A stretch of 42,027 bases of DNA from a virus (lineage: Duplodnaviria; Caudoviricetes), in the IMG/VR virus record IMGVR_UViG_3300031965_000067, positions 1-42,027 of that record, one strand, 5' to 3'. Both the position numbers and the translations under genes were made by a program. Positions 34,164-42,027 of this stretch are shown piece after piece. Position 1 is the stretch's first letter. Every line of letters starts with the position of its first letter. The notes beneath the pieces were generated by a model. It was not told the origin of the DNA. It was given only the letters and a program-made list of their open reading frames with translations, and searched no databases.

Positions 34164-35144
34164 ATGGAAAATGAAAAATTGGTGAAAATAGAAGGAGCGC
34201 AATTGGCTCTCCTAAAAAGAACGTTTTTCAGTGAGTGCAGCGACGACGAAATCTCCGTTGCTCTTTACATCGCAGAAAAGTTCAATTTGGACCCATTCAA
34301 AAAAGAAATCTGGGCCGTGCCCACTTTCAGGCAGGGTCAAAAAAAAATGTTAATAATGGTAGGTAGGGACGGCTACCTTGCCTCAGCCAGGAGGCACCCC
34401 GAATTTGTCGGCATGTCATCAGGGGCTATTTACCCAGGCGACAAGTTCAAAATTGACTACGACCTCGGGAAAATTGAGGTCGAACAAACGGCTGAATCCT
34501 TTTCAAAAGGTAACCCAGTGGCTGCCTGGTGTGTTGTTAAGCGAGGAAAAGAGGCAATCATAAAAATCGTCCGCTTCGAAGAATTCGACAAAAATAGCGG
34601 AAAGCCAGGGGATATCTGGGGGAAATTTCCTTCGGTCATGCTGATCAAGTGTGCCGAGTCTATGGCACTTCGATCAGCCTTTGGATTGACCGGTGCGACC
34701 CCAGCGGACGAAATACGGGAAGAGGAAACGATGGTGAATGTAACACCAACCTCTCCGACCAGGGTAAAACCAAGAATTTCTGCTCCGGTAAAAGTTGAGA
34801 AACCCGAGGCAAAAACCGTCACTGAAACAGTTGTGAACGATAAAGGTAGGTATGAAACGGTTGAAAAAGTTGTCCCCGTTGAAGTCGTTTCGGAACCAAC
34901 TCCATCGGCTCAAATTGAAGAAAATGAGCATGAGGAAGTTGAAACCTCGCCCATTGACGCTCCCGAGGTCATGGCGACGACTAAAAGCATAGACGCCACT
35001 TTTGGGAAAGGAACCTCGAAAAGGGTCATGGTTGAAGTTTTGGGCGGTATAAAACCAATCTCCTCGCTGAACCAAGTAGAGATTGAAAAGTTTTACCGGT
35101 CTTTAATCGACCTTGAACAATCAGGGGGGTTCGGTAATGAGTAA
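34164..35144 (+). CDS. bet: Single-strand annealing recombinase (Red-beta/Bet, RecT family)
   Basis: LDPFKKEIWAV, IMVGRDGY, W.KFPSVMLIKCAESMALRSAFG. Confidence 0.9.
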   Translation: MENEKLVKIEGAQLALLKRTFFSECSDDEISVALYIAEKFNLDPFKKEIWAVPTFRQGQKKMLIMVGRDGYLASARRHPEFVGMSSGAIYPGDKFKIDYDLGKIEVEQTAESFSKGNPVAAWCVVKRGKEAIIKIVRFEEFDKNSGKPGDIWGKFPSVMLIKCAESMALRSAFGLTGATPADEIREEETMVNVTPTSPTRVKPRISAPVKVEKPEAKTVTETVVNDKGRYETVEKVVPVEVVSEPTPSAQIEENEHEEVETSPIDAPEVMATTKSIDATFGKGTSKRVMVEVLGGIKPISSLNQVEIEKFYRSLIDLEQSGGFGNE

Positions 35145-36912
35145 AAAAGAAACCCTCTGGATCTCCCCCTCAAGACTTGAAGCCTTGGAATTGTGTCCAT
35201 TCAATTCCGAGAATAGAAAATTTACCGAGACCCCCGAAACAATTCGGGGGACCCGATTTCATTCCATCGCCTCGGAAATCCTGCTCGGCGATGAGCCCGA
35301 CATAAGCAAGGATAATGACTGGGTGAAAGAAATGGTCGAAAAATGGATGGGATTTTCTCTCATCCAGGACCTCCTCCTTAACCCAGGGAAAATACTCCTC
35401 GTGGATGGGGAAAACCACATCTTGTGCGATGAGGTCCATGGAAAACAATTCCTCCATATTCCGCTCAACAAAGGTGAGAAAAACGGACTCAGGGGTTATC
35501 CTGACTTGATATCTAAAGATGGAGATACCCTCATTGTGTGGGATTGGAAAACTGGCAGAAATGAGCCAGGGCAATCACAAATTCGAGCTTATGCATGGAT
35601 GGGTTTAGAGCTTTTCCCAGAATATGACAAGGTCATCGGCCGGTATTTCATGACCACCACCGGGGAAGTTTTTGAGTATGCTTTTTCGAGGGAGGATTTG
35701 AAAAACCTCCCCAGGTCAATCGTAGCAATTCAAAACAAATATCAAACGGTCCCCAGGGAAACCCTCCCCCGAACTCTCAATAAATATTGCGGGTTTTGTG
35801 AGTTTCGGGATTCGTGTCCGGAAACGAAACAGATAGCCGTGGATCTCCCATGGAAGCTGGCCCGTGTCCCCGAAAGCGAACAGGATTTCGAAGGGGTCGT
35901 TACCCTTTTGGAGAAAATTAAAATCGGGATAAAACTTCTTGGCTCACTGAAAGATATGGCTGAGGAAAACCGGAACCGGGCCATAAAAAATGCAGGTGGT
36001 GCCTTTAGGGGAAGTGAAAAGGAATGGAAGTTAAGGGAAATTCCTTCCAATTCTTACGATTACCCGGTTCCCGAAGTGATTGAAATAGCGCTGGAAAATG
36101 AAGTTTCTCTAAATTTTCTGTCAGTCTCCCTCTCAGGTTTTGAAAAAGCCGTAAAGGGTCTTCCCCATGCCAAAGAACTCACTGAGAAGGTTAAAAAGCT
36201 CAGAATTAGCACTGGGACCCGAGAAATAGTTGAAGAGGTTTACCTCGGACCGAAAGAGATTGAGCCACCTACTCAAAATGAGAAAGAACACGAAATCACA
36301 GTGATTGATGAAATTTCAATCCCGGCTTCTTTGCCAGAAAATCAAAAATTAGAAAAAAAAGAAGAGGAACCAAAAAAAATAACATTGGTGGATGAATTGG
36401 GTAGAATTTATCAAGAAATAAGTTGTTTGGAGGATCTGCATTTTCGAAAAACAAATAACCCAAATCAAAAATTAAATGAATTTTTTGCAGAACGAACTAA
36501 GCTGGAGAAAGGTTCCGGAGTCTCAATGTATTTAGCCCCCCCAGAAGAAATGAAAAGGTTGATTTACCTTGGAAATTCAATTCTTGAGGCCCTGGAAAAA
36601 ACCGAAATTAACGAAGGTAAAAACGACTTTGAAAGGATTCTCCCAACCAAAAACCCCAAGTCAGATGCCATCCTTGATTATTCACTTCTGAAAGAAAGAG
36701 CCGAAAAGGTTTTAGGGAAGAAAATCTGGGTAGAAACCGTGAAAGAATTTTTCCCAGACCTCGAAAATGTCAGCAGGGGTTTGGATAGAAAGGTTTTGGA
36801 AAAAACCGTTGATACTATTGTGGAATTTACAAAACTTGCCACCGATAAAATTGATAAAGTTATCAAAAATTTGCATGAGGGGACACAAAAAAATGAAAAT
36901 ACTAACACTTGA
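35137..36912 (+). CDS. PD-(D/E)XK (Cas4/RecB-like) exonuclease with long C-terminal extension
   Basis: SPSRL..CP, GTRFH, GYPDL..VWDWKTG, QIRAYA, CGFCEFRDSCP; start MSKKE. Confidence 0.88.
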   Translation: MSKKETLWISPSRLEALELCPFNSENRKFTETPETIRGTRFHSIASEILLGDEPDISKDNDWVKEMVEKWMGFSLIQDLLLNPGKILLVDGENHILCDEVHGKQFLHIPLNKGEKNGLRGYPDLISKDGDTLIVWDWKTGRNEPGQSQIRAYAWMGLELFPEYDKVIGRYFMTTTGEVFEYAFSREDLKNLPRSIVAIQNKYQTVPRETLPRTLNKYCGFCEFRDSCPETKQIAVDLPWKLARVPESEQDFEGVVTLLEKIKIGIKLLGSLKDMAEENRNRAIKNAGGAFRGSEKEWKLREIPSNSYDYPVPEVIEIALENEVSLNFLSVSLSGFEKAVKGLPHAKELTEKVKKLRISTGTREIVEEVYLGPKEIEPPTQNEKEHEITVIDEISIPASLPENQKLEKKEEEPKKITLVDELGRIYQEISCLEDLHFRKTNNPNQKLNEFFAERTKLEKGSGVSMYLAPPEEMKRLIYLGNSILEALEKTEINEGKNDFERILPTKNPKSDAILDYSLLKERAEKVLGKKIWVETVKEFFPDLENVSRGLDRKVLEKTVDTIVEFTKLATDKIDKVIKNLHEGTQKNENTNT

Positions 36913-38110
36913 AATTCAAAATTATAAAAAAATTGAAACCCTTTTCCTGGAACCCCAAGGGAAGGATCTAAAAATAGCAGGGGGAACGGGCCAGGGGAAA
37001 ACAACGGCGATTTCAGCACTTTGGGAAATCCTCGGGAAAGTCGGTGAGCCAATAAAAGACGGAAACGGGGAACCTGCACAAATAAAGATCGTGCTCGGGG
37101 AACCCGGTGCCCCGTCAGTAACGGCCATCAGGCGTTATACCGAAAAAACCTCCAACCTTTCGATCATCTCTGGTTCTGGTGAAAAGGTTTCGGCCAAAGA
37201 TTTTGGGGATTGGTTCTCATCCCTTGCGGTAAATCCGCATAAAATTATGGAAATGAAGCCCCTTGAACAAGTCGAAACGCTTTTGCAGGTAGCCGACTTG
37301 CAAGGTTTCGATCTTAAAAAAACCGATCAAAAAATTCTATCCCTAACCGATACCAGACTAAATATCCATCGTGACATTGAAAAAATGAAGGGGAAGATTG
37401 GGGCAGAACCTGAGGAAATTGAGAATGTCTCAATGGATATACTACTTGAAGAAATGAGGAAAGTAGAATCGGCTGATAGAGTTCTCCAAAATTACAAAAG
37501 CTCTTTACAGAATAACCATGAAAAAATTAAGAAACATAAAGAAGAACTGGAAGCTCTGGAAGCAAATTCGGATCATTTGTGCGATGAGATAGATAAGATG
37601 GTTATGGAGGCGAAAGACTACCCACCGTTAGAGGTTTTGAGACAAAAAATCAAAGACTCCAGCTCAATAAATGAAAAGGCCGCCACAAGGAAAAAATGGT
37701 TAGCAGATAAGGCGGAATCCGAAAAATTAAGCGTCGAAAAAGAACATATAGATAACGAAATAAAAACCCTCAGGGAGATTAAAAAAACATCTCTTGAATC
37801 TGCCAAATGGCCCGTCTTTGGCCTAACGATTGACGATGGGGAAATTAAATATCATGAGATTCCTTTATCCCAATGCGGCAGGTCGGAGCAAATGCTCATA
37901 ACCGGTGCCATATCCGCAAAATCAATCAGAGATAAAAAGCTAAGGGTGGTTAGGCTTGACGGCATTGAATCAATGAGCAAAGCAGATTTTGAAACCCTTT
38001 CAAAAATTTTTCATGAAAACGGAATCCAGGTCCTTTCTACTCGTGTTTCCAGAGGCGAAATCGAAGAGGGGGAAATAGAAATTGTGGAAGGGGGATTAAG
38101 TGAAAAGTAA
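36893..38110 (+). CDS. SMC/Rad50-like AAA ATPase with coiled coil
   Basis: MKILTLEIQNYKKI, GGTGQGKTT, LSQCGRSEQ, VVRLDGIE. Confidence 0.88.
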   Translation: MKILTLEIQNYKKIETLFLEPQGKDLKIAGGTGQGKTTAISALWEILGKVGEPIKDGNGEPAQIKIVLGEPGAPSVTAIRRYTEKTSNLSIISGSGEKVSAKDFGDWFSSLAVNPHKIMEMKPLEQVETLLQVADLQGFDLKKTDQKILSLTDTRLNIHRDIEKMKGKIGAEPEEIENVSMDILLEEMRKVESADRVLQNYKSSLQNNHEKIKKHKEELEALEANSDHLCDEIDKMVMEAKDYPPLEVLRQKIKDSSSINEKAATRKKWLADKAESEKLSVEKEHIDNEIKTLREIKKTSLESAKWPVFGLTIDDGEIKYHEIPLSQCGRSEQMLITGAISAKSIRDKKLRVVRLDGIESMSKADFETLSKIFHENGIQVLSTRVSRGEIEEGEIEIVEGGLSEK

Positions 38111-38351
38111 CTGCGAAGAAAAATTTAAGAGGCTCTGGACAACGATTGAGAGAGCCTCGGCCATTGCAAAGGAACCGAAAACCAGGGGGCAAGAGTTTTT
38201 AGCCATTTCACAAATCATCGAGGTCGGAAAAAGGCTTAAAACGATAAAAAACCCTGTCCACAAAACTTGGTTTGAAAACAGATGGGGGTTGGAAATTTTG
38301 TGTGCTCAAAAAGTCTTAGAAGATAAATTGCCATGGAGGATTAAATCATGA
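38100..38351 (+). CDS. Hypothetical protein
   Basis: GTG start with G-rich SD, coupled on both sides. Confidence 0.65.
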   Translation: MKSNCEEKFKRLWTTIERASAIAKEPKTRGQEFLAISQIIEVGKRLKTIKNPVHKTWFENRWGLEILCAQKVLEDKLPWRIKS

Positions 38352-38710
38352 AAAGAATTTACTGGGTGTCAAGACATAACCCACACAGTTCCCAGGTCGA
38401 GGCTTTATCTAAGCTATTTTTCTGCAATGTGTCGATTTTCCGACACGATAAGCCGTTTAGAGATGCAGAGGAAATCATAGAGAGATTCAAAGATGGAAAT
38501 TTTGATGATCTGGTCGTCGTTGCCCCACTCTCAGTTTTAGATCGCCTTTGCCAACTTGGAGTAAAGCCTTTGTGGGCAAAATGTGAAGTTTGTCTACCGG
38601 CAGATTCGCAATGGGGAACATTTGGCAGGCTTTACAAATTCATCGAGTTTAGACGGATTGAAAAGCTGGAATTGCAAACTAGCGATGCAAAACCGGGAGG
38701 GTGGAGATGA
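38348..38710 (+). CDS. Hypothetical protein (WVSRH motif)
   Basis: GGAGG SD, ATGA coupling. Confidence 0.75.
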   Translation: MKRIYWVSRHNPHSSQVEALSKLFFCNVSIFRHDKPFRDAEEIIERFKDGNFDDLVVVAPLSVLDRLCQLGVKPLWAKCEVCLPADSQWGTFGRLYKFIEFRRIEKLELQTSDAKPGGWR

Positions 38711-39285
38711 CCAAAGAAGAATTGAATAAAATTTTGAAAAGTCATAAAGATTGGTTGTCGGACCCAAATAAAGGCATTCTAGTCGATTTGCGGGGAGTCG
38801 ATTTGCAGGGAGCCTCTTTGCGGGGAGCCTCTTTGCAGGGAGCCTATTTGCAGGGAGCCGATTTGCGGGGAGCCTATTTGCAGGGAGCCGATTTGCAGGG
38901 AGCCGATTTGCGGGGAGCCTATTTGCAGGGAGCAAAATTGGATTCGATCATCGTAAATTACGAAACCGCTGGTTACTTTATGGTCTGTCCAGCAAAAGGG
39001 AAATTTATAGGTTGGAAAAAAGTTGAAGGTAAAATACTAAAATTACTCATCCCCTCGAATGCAAAGAGAAGTTCGGCCACTACTAGGAAGTGTAGAGCCG
39101 AAATCGTCGAGGTCATCGGAGGAATTGGGCCGTGCGAAATATTGAGGACAGGAGTGAAAGGTAATGAAGCAAAATATGAAATCGGAAGAACAATTCATTG
39201 TCACGAATGGGACCCCGACCGCTGGGCGGAATGCTCAGGTGGAATTCATTTCTTTCTAACAAGACAGGAGGCAGAACAATGGTGA
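38707..39285 (+). CDS. Pentapeptide-repeat protein with DUF5758-like C-terminal domain
   Basis: A(D/Y/S)L(Q/R)G repeats; FIGWKK..IP..AKRSSATTRKCRA..ECSGGIHFFLTRQEA. Confidence 0.9.
   Translation: MTKEELNKILKSHKDWLSDPNKGILVDLRGVDLQGASLRGASLQGAYLQGADLRGAYLQGADLQGADLRGAYLQGAKLDSIIVNYETAGYFMVCPAKGKFIGWKKVEGKILKLLIPSNAKRSSATTRKCRAEIVEVIGGIGPCEILRTGVKGNEAKYEIGRTIHCHEWDPDRWAECSGGIHFFLTRQEAEQW
38782..38935 (+). repeat. 15-bp tandem repeat encoding pentapeptide units
   Basis: About ten units of G(C/T)CNNTTTGC(A/G)GGGA. Confidence 0.9.
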
Positions 39286-39434
39286 TAAATAAAAAAGTTA
39301 GAACAGTAATTTTGAGAATTGAATTAACACCGGAGCAATACAAAACCTTAAAAGAAATTTCTGAAAAGGACTTTCGTCGGCCCAATGATTATTTGAAAAA
39401 GCTCATCACAGAGCACCTTGAATCTAAAAAATGA
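39279..39434 (+). CDS. Ribbon-helix-helix (CopG/Arc-like) protein
   Basis: LRIELTPEQYKTLKEISEKDFRRPNDYLKKLITEHL; GGAGG SD before ATG 39279. Confidence 0.75.
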   Translation: MVINKKVRTVILRIELTPEQYKTLKEISEKDFRRPNDYLKKLITEHLESKK

Positions 39435-39988
39435 TTATCGCCATCGACCCAGGCTCAAAAGGTGGGGTGGTTCTGGGAGATTCGAAAGGGTCTCTCAGAA
39501 TCCACCCAAACCCTTTGACCCCAAAAGACTTCTCAAATTTTTGCAAGCTGTGGGAACCGGGTTCCGTTGTTGCCATTGAAAAGCCAGTGACTACGGCTCT
39601 AAGAGCAAATTTGGTTCCTGGCCAAAGAATCACAACTGGGACAATATCCCGGCTGAAATTTTGGGACTCGGTAGCCACGGCGATGCTAACAGAAATCGGG
39701 AAATGGGAGGTAGCTTTACATCCATGGAGCCCGGCTAATGATAGGGGTTCTGGTTCAATTTTCTGGCTACCTCCTCAAACATGGAGGAGATTGGTTTTTG
39801 GAAAAGCAAATCTGGTGAAAGGTGGAATGGCATGGAAGGGATTGGAGCTGGAATTGGCAAGATCCGAATTCCCCCACATAAAACAGCTTTTCGAAAAGTC
39901 ACCCAAAAGTGACCACCCGATTTACGGGTTATCGGCTGCCTGCTGTATCTGGTTGGCTGCGAATAAAATAAGAGGAGGGGAAAAATGA
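39431..39988 (+). CDS. RuvC-like Holliday junction resolvase
   Basis: IIAIDPGSKGG, VAIEKP, PQTWRR; the usual C-terminal acidic residue is not obvious. Confidence 0.7.
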   Translation: MIIAIDPGSKGGVVLGDSKGSLRIHPNPLTPKDFSNFCKLWEPGSVVAIEKPVTTALRANLVPGQRITTGTISRLKFWDSVATAMLTEIGKWEVALHPWSPANDRGSGSIFWLPPQTWRRLVFGKANLVKGGMAWKGLELELARSEFPHIKQLFEKSPKSDHPIYGLSAACCIWLAANKIRGGEK

Positions 39989-40796
39989 AATATTTAGTCC
40001 AGTATTCAGGTGGCCTTCAAAGCTTTGAGTGTGCCAGGAGGGTCATCGAGAAACACGGGAAAGAAAATGTTGAATTGTGGTTTGCAGACACAATGGACGA
40101 GGACGAGGACTTGTATAGATTTAATCGAGATGTAGAAAAACTTTTAGGCGTAAAAATTAGGGTTTTTTGTTACGGCATGAACTTATGGGAGCTTTTTGAT
40201 AGTGATAGATTTATTGCCAATTCAAGAGCTGATATTTGTTCAAGAAAAATGAAACGGGAATTACTCCAGGACGGGTTAGTCGATTACAAGGGATCAGACA
40301 TAACTATAGTGCTGGGCATGGACTGGCAGGAGCCTCATAGAATAAAAAAAGCTGAAAAATTTTGGGTAAAATATAATGTTGTTTTTCCATTAAATGATTC
40401 ATTTTATGGACCCTTTATTTTTAATAACAAAATCGAAGATTATTTGAAAGAAAACGGTATAGAAATTCCTAGAATGTATAAACTTGGTTTTAGTCACAAT
40501 AATTGTGGGGGTGCTTGCGTAAAAGCCGGTAAAGGCCAATGGGTTCATCTCCTAAAGACCCTTCCAGATCGGTTCAAATATCATGAAGAGAGAGAGAGAG
40601 AGAGTGGCAACTTAAAATCGGTAAAGATAACACCATCCATACGATTACGGAAAAAGGTGTGAAAAGAAATTTATCACTTCGGGAACTGAGAGAAAGAACA
40701 GAGAAAGGAGAAGTGATTGGCCGATACGAATGGGGAGGTTGTGATTGTTTTATACCACCGGATGAGGAAGATAAAATTGAAGGAGAATCAGAATGA
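39985..40796 (+). pseudogene. PAPS-reductase-like (PP-loop, Fe-S) protein, frameshifted at (AG)9
   Basis: YSGGLQS, FADT..EDEDLYRF, CSRKMK, HNNCGGACVKAG; the C-terminus ..WGGCDCF.. is in another frame, ending in an ATGA overlap at 40793-40796. Confidence 0.8.
40587..40604 (+). repeat. (AG)9 microsatellite
   Basis: Directly read; (AG)8 would restore the frame. Confidence 0.92.
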
Positions 40797-41104
40797 ATCA
40801 AATTTGGTACTTAGTCAGAACAGCTGGTTGTTTTGATAAAGTCGAAGAAGTCGTAGTTGTCCGGCAGACAAAAAAATTTGTGACCTACATGGGTAAAGAC
40901 TGCCAGCCCTATCGATCACAAAAGATAACCGATTACGATGCTATTTTCCCAACCATCCAGGAGGCCGTGGATTGGAAGATAAACATTTTGAAGGAGAGTA
41001 TCCTAAGATACGCACTGCGTTTAGAAGATCCTGGGGAAAGTCTTAAGAACTTTATGAAATATGTAGAAACCAAATATCCCCAGGTGAAAATTAAGGAGAA
41101 TTAG
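40793..41104 (+). CDS. Orphan paralog 1 of triplicated family
   Basis: MNQIWY...AIFPTIQEAVDWK...KYPQVK. Confidence 0.85.
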   Translation: MNQIWYLVRTAGCFDKVEEVVVVRQTKKFVTYMGKDCQPYRSQKITDYDAIFPTIQEAVDWKINILKESILRYALRLEDPGESLKNFMKYVETKYPQVKIKEN

Positions 41105-41105
41105 A

Positions 41106-41411
41106 ATGAATCAAATTTGGTATTGGGTTAGGGCCGGAAGTTCTTTCGCTGAAATTAAAGAAGTTATGGTTATTAGTCAGACTAAAAAGTTTGTGATCCA
41201 CACCCACACGGGAAGAGGCGGAAACTATTCATCTAAAAAGATAACCAAAAAAAATGCTATTTTCCCAACCCTCCAGGAAGCCATTGATTGGAAAATAAAC
41301 TTTTTAAAAGAAAATATTGTCAGAGATGCACTGCGTTTAGAGAATTCTGAGGAAGACCTTAAGAACTTTATGAAATATGTAGAAACCAGGTACCCTCAGG
41401 CGAAACTATAA
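41106..41411 (+). CDS. Orphan paralog 2
   Basis: MNQIWY...AIFPTLQEAIDWK...RYPQAK. Confidence 0.85.
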   Translation: MNQIWYWVRAGSSFAEIKEVMVISQTKKFVIHTHTGRGGNYSSKKITKKNAIFPTLQEAIDWKINFLKENIVRDALRLENSEEDLKNFMKYVETRYPQAKL

Positions 41412-41430
41412 AAATTGAAGGAGAAATAAA

Positions 41431-41730
41431 ATGAATGAAATTTGGTATAGAGTGAAGAGTCTTTTTGATGAAATCGAGGAGGTTGAAGTGGTTTCGGATT
41501 TGGGATCATTTGTGAACATTATCAATCAGTATGGAACCGGAACTTACCTGGAAAAAAAGAAAGCTAGTGACGGGGCAGTTTTCCCAACCGTCCAAGAAGC
41601 CGTAGACTGGAAGATAGTGGAAAGAAAAGAAAGAATCTACGAAGCTAAAAAGGCTGTTGAAGTGACTGAACATGCTCTTCAAAGGTTTTTTGAAAAAACT
41701 AAAGCCAAATACCCTCAGGTGAAACTATAA
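41431..41730 (+). CDS. Orphan paralog 3
   Basis: MNEIWY...AVFPTVQEAVDWK...KYPQVK. Confidence 0.85.
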   Translation: MNEIWYRVKSLFDEIEEVEVVSDLGSFVNIINQYGTGTYLEKKKASDGAVFPTVQEAVDWKIVERKERIYEAKKAVEVTEHALQRFFEKTKAKYPQVKL

Positions 41731-41765
41731 AAAATTAAGTAGAAAAAACGAAAGGGAGATTAAAA

Positions 41766-42027
41766 ATGAAACGATTTTACTTGGATAGAGCCAATGACGA
41801 AACAGGAGTATCAGGGACAGGATTCATCGCCGAGGGGGTTGAGTTGCGGGACGGAAGGGTTGTTCTTTGCTGGCTTGGGAACTTTCGGTCCACAATCCTT
41901 TATGACAATATCGAAGCTGTGGTCAAAGTGCACGGTCACGGGGGGAAAACAGTAGTAATCTATGTCGACGATGCTCATTTTGAGCCTGAAAACAAGTTTG
42001 TAAAGCCCAAAACGGGCGAGGAGGATT
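41766..42027 (+). CDS. Conserved small phage protein spanning the circular junction (continues to position 132)
   Basis: MKRFYLDRANDETGVSGTGFIAEGVELRDGRVVLCWLG...VHGHGGKTVV; GVSGTG/HGHGG motifs recalled from small phage proteins; GGGAG SD. Confidence 0.8.
   Translation, partial: MKRFYLDRANDETGVSGTGFIAEGVELRDGRVVLCWLGNFRSTILYDNIEAVVKVHGHGGKTVVIYVDDAHFEPENKFVKPKTGEED
41901..42027. repeat. Terminal direct repeat, copy 2
   Basis: Identical to 1-127. Confidence 0.97.

Noticed and set aside
35137-36912. CRISPR-associated Cas4
   Set aside because: It sits beside Bet and an AAA ATPase, the usual phage recombination module; no array or other cas genes are present.
38594-38935. Minus-strand ORF with LPANR repeats
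   Set aside because: Antisense shadow of the 15-bp pentapeptide repeat.
40793-41730. Diversity-generating retroelement template/variable repeats
   Set aside because: No reverse transcriptase is present, differences are not adenine-specific, and all copies are complete genes.
1-42027. Stop-codon reassignment, tRNA genes or a hammerhead ribozyme
   Set aside because: Genes are full length in the standard code with all three stops used, and no cloverleaf or intergenic CUGAUGA..GAAA core was found by eye.

Overview
The window is a complete, circularly permuted genome of a tailed dsDNA phage with siphovirus-type tail genes. Bases 1-127 are identical to 41901-42027, giving a 41,900-bp unit. The minus-strand arm (about 31540 to 645) carries an HTH protein, replication initiator and loader, DEDDh exonuclease, ParB-like protein, terminases, portal, a collagen-like fibre, gp7-like head protein, scaffold, Mu gpT-like capsid, neck and tail genes with a G/GT frameshift, tape measure, baseplate, receptor-binding candidates and an amidase lysin. 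A short minus-strand early operon (34005 to 31810) contains small orphan genes and ends in an RHH regulator. The plus-strand arm (34164 to 560, across the junction) carries Bet, a PD-(D/E)XK nuclease, an AAA ATPase, a pentapeptide-repeat protein, a RuvC-like protein, a PAPS-reductase-like protein and a triplicated orphan. No integrase, tRNA or CRISPR array was seen. The most unusual observations are: (1) seven structural-module proteins with Sec-type signal peptides, several sharing a C-terminal domain; (2) a repeated, covarying H-type pseudoknot plus SD-hairpin between the early genes; (3) a PAPS-reductase-like gene put out of frame by an (AG)9 microsatellite; (4) a Maf/DUF115-like glycosyltransferase inside the neck module; (5) an internally deleted radical-SAM-like remnant beside the ParB-like gene. 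All family calls come from reading motifs by eye, not from database searches.
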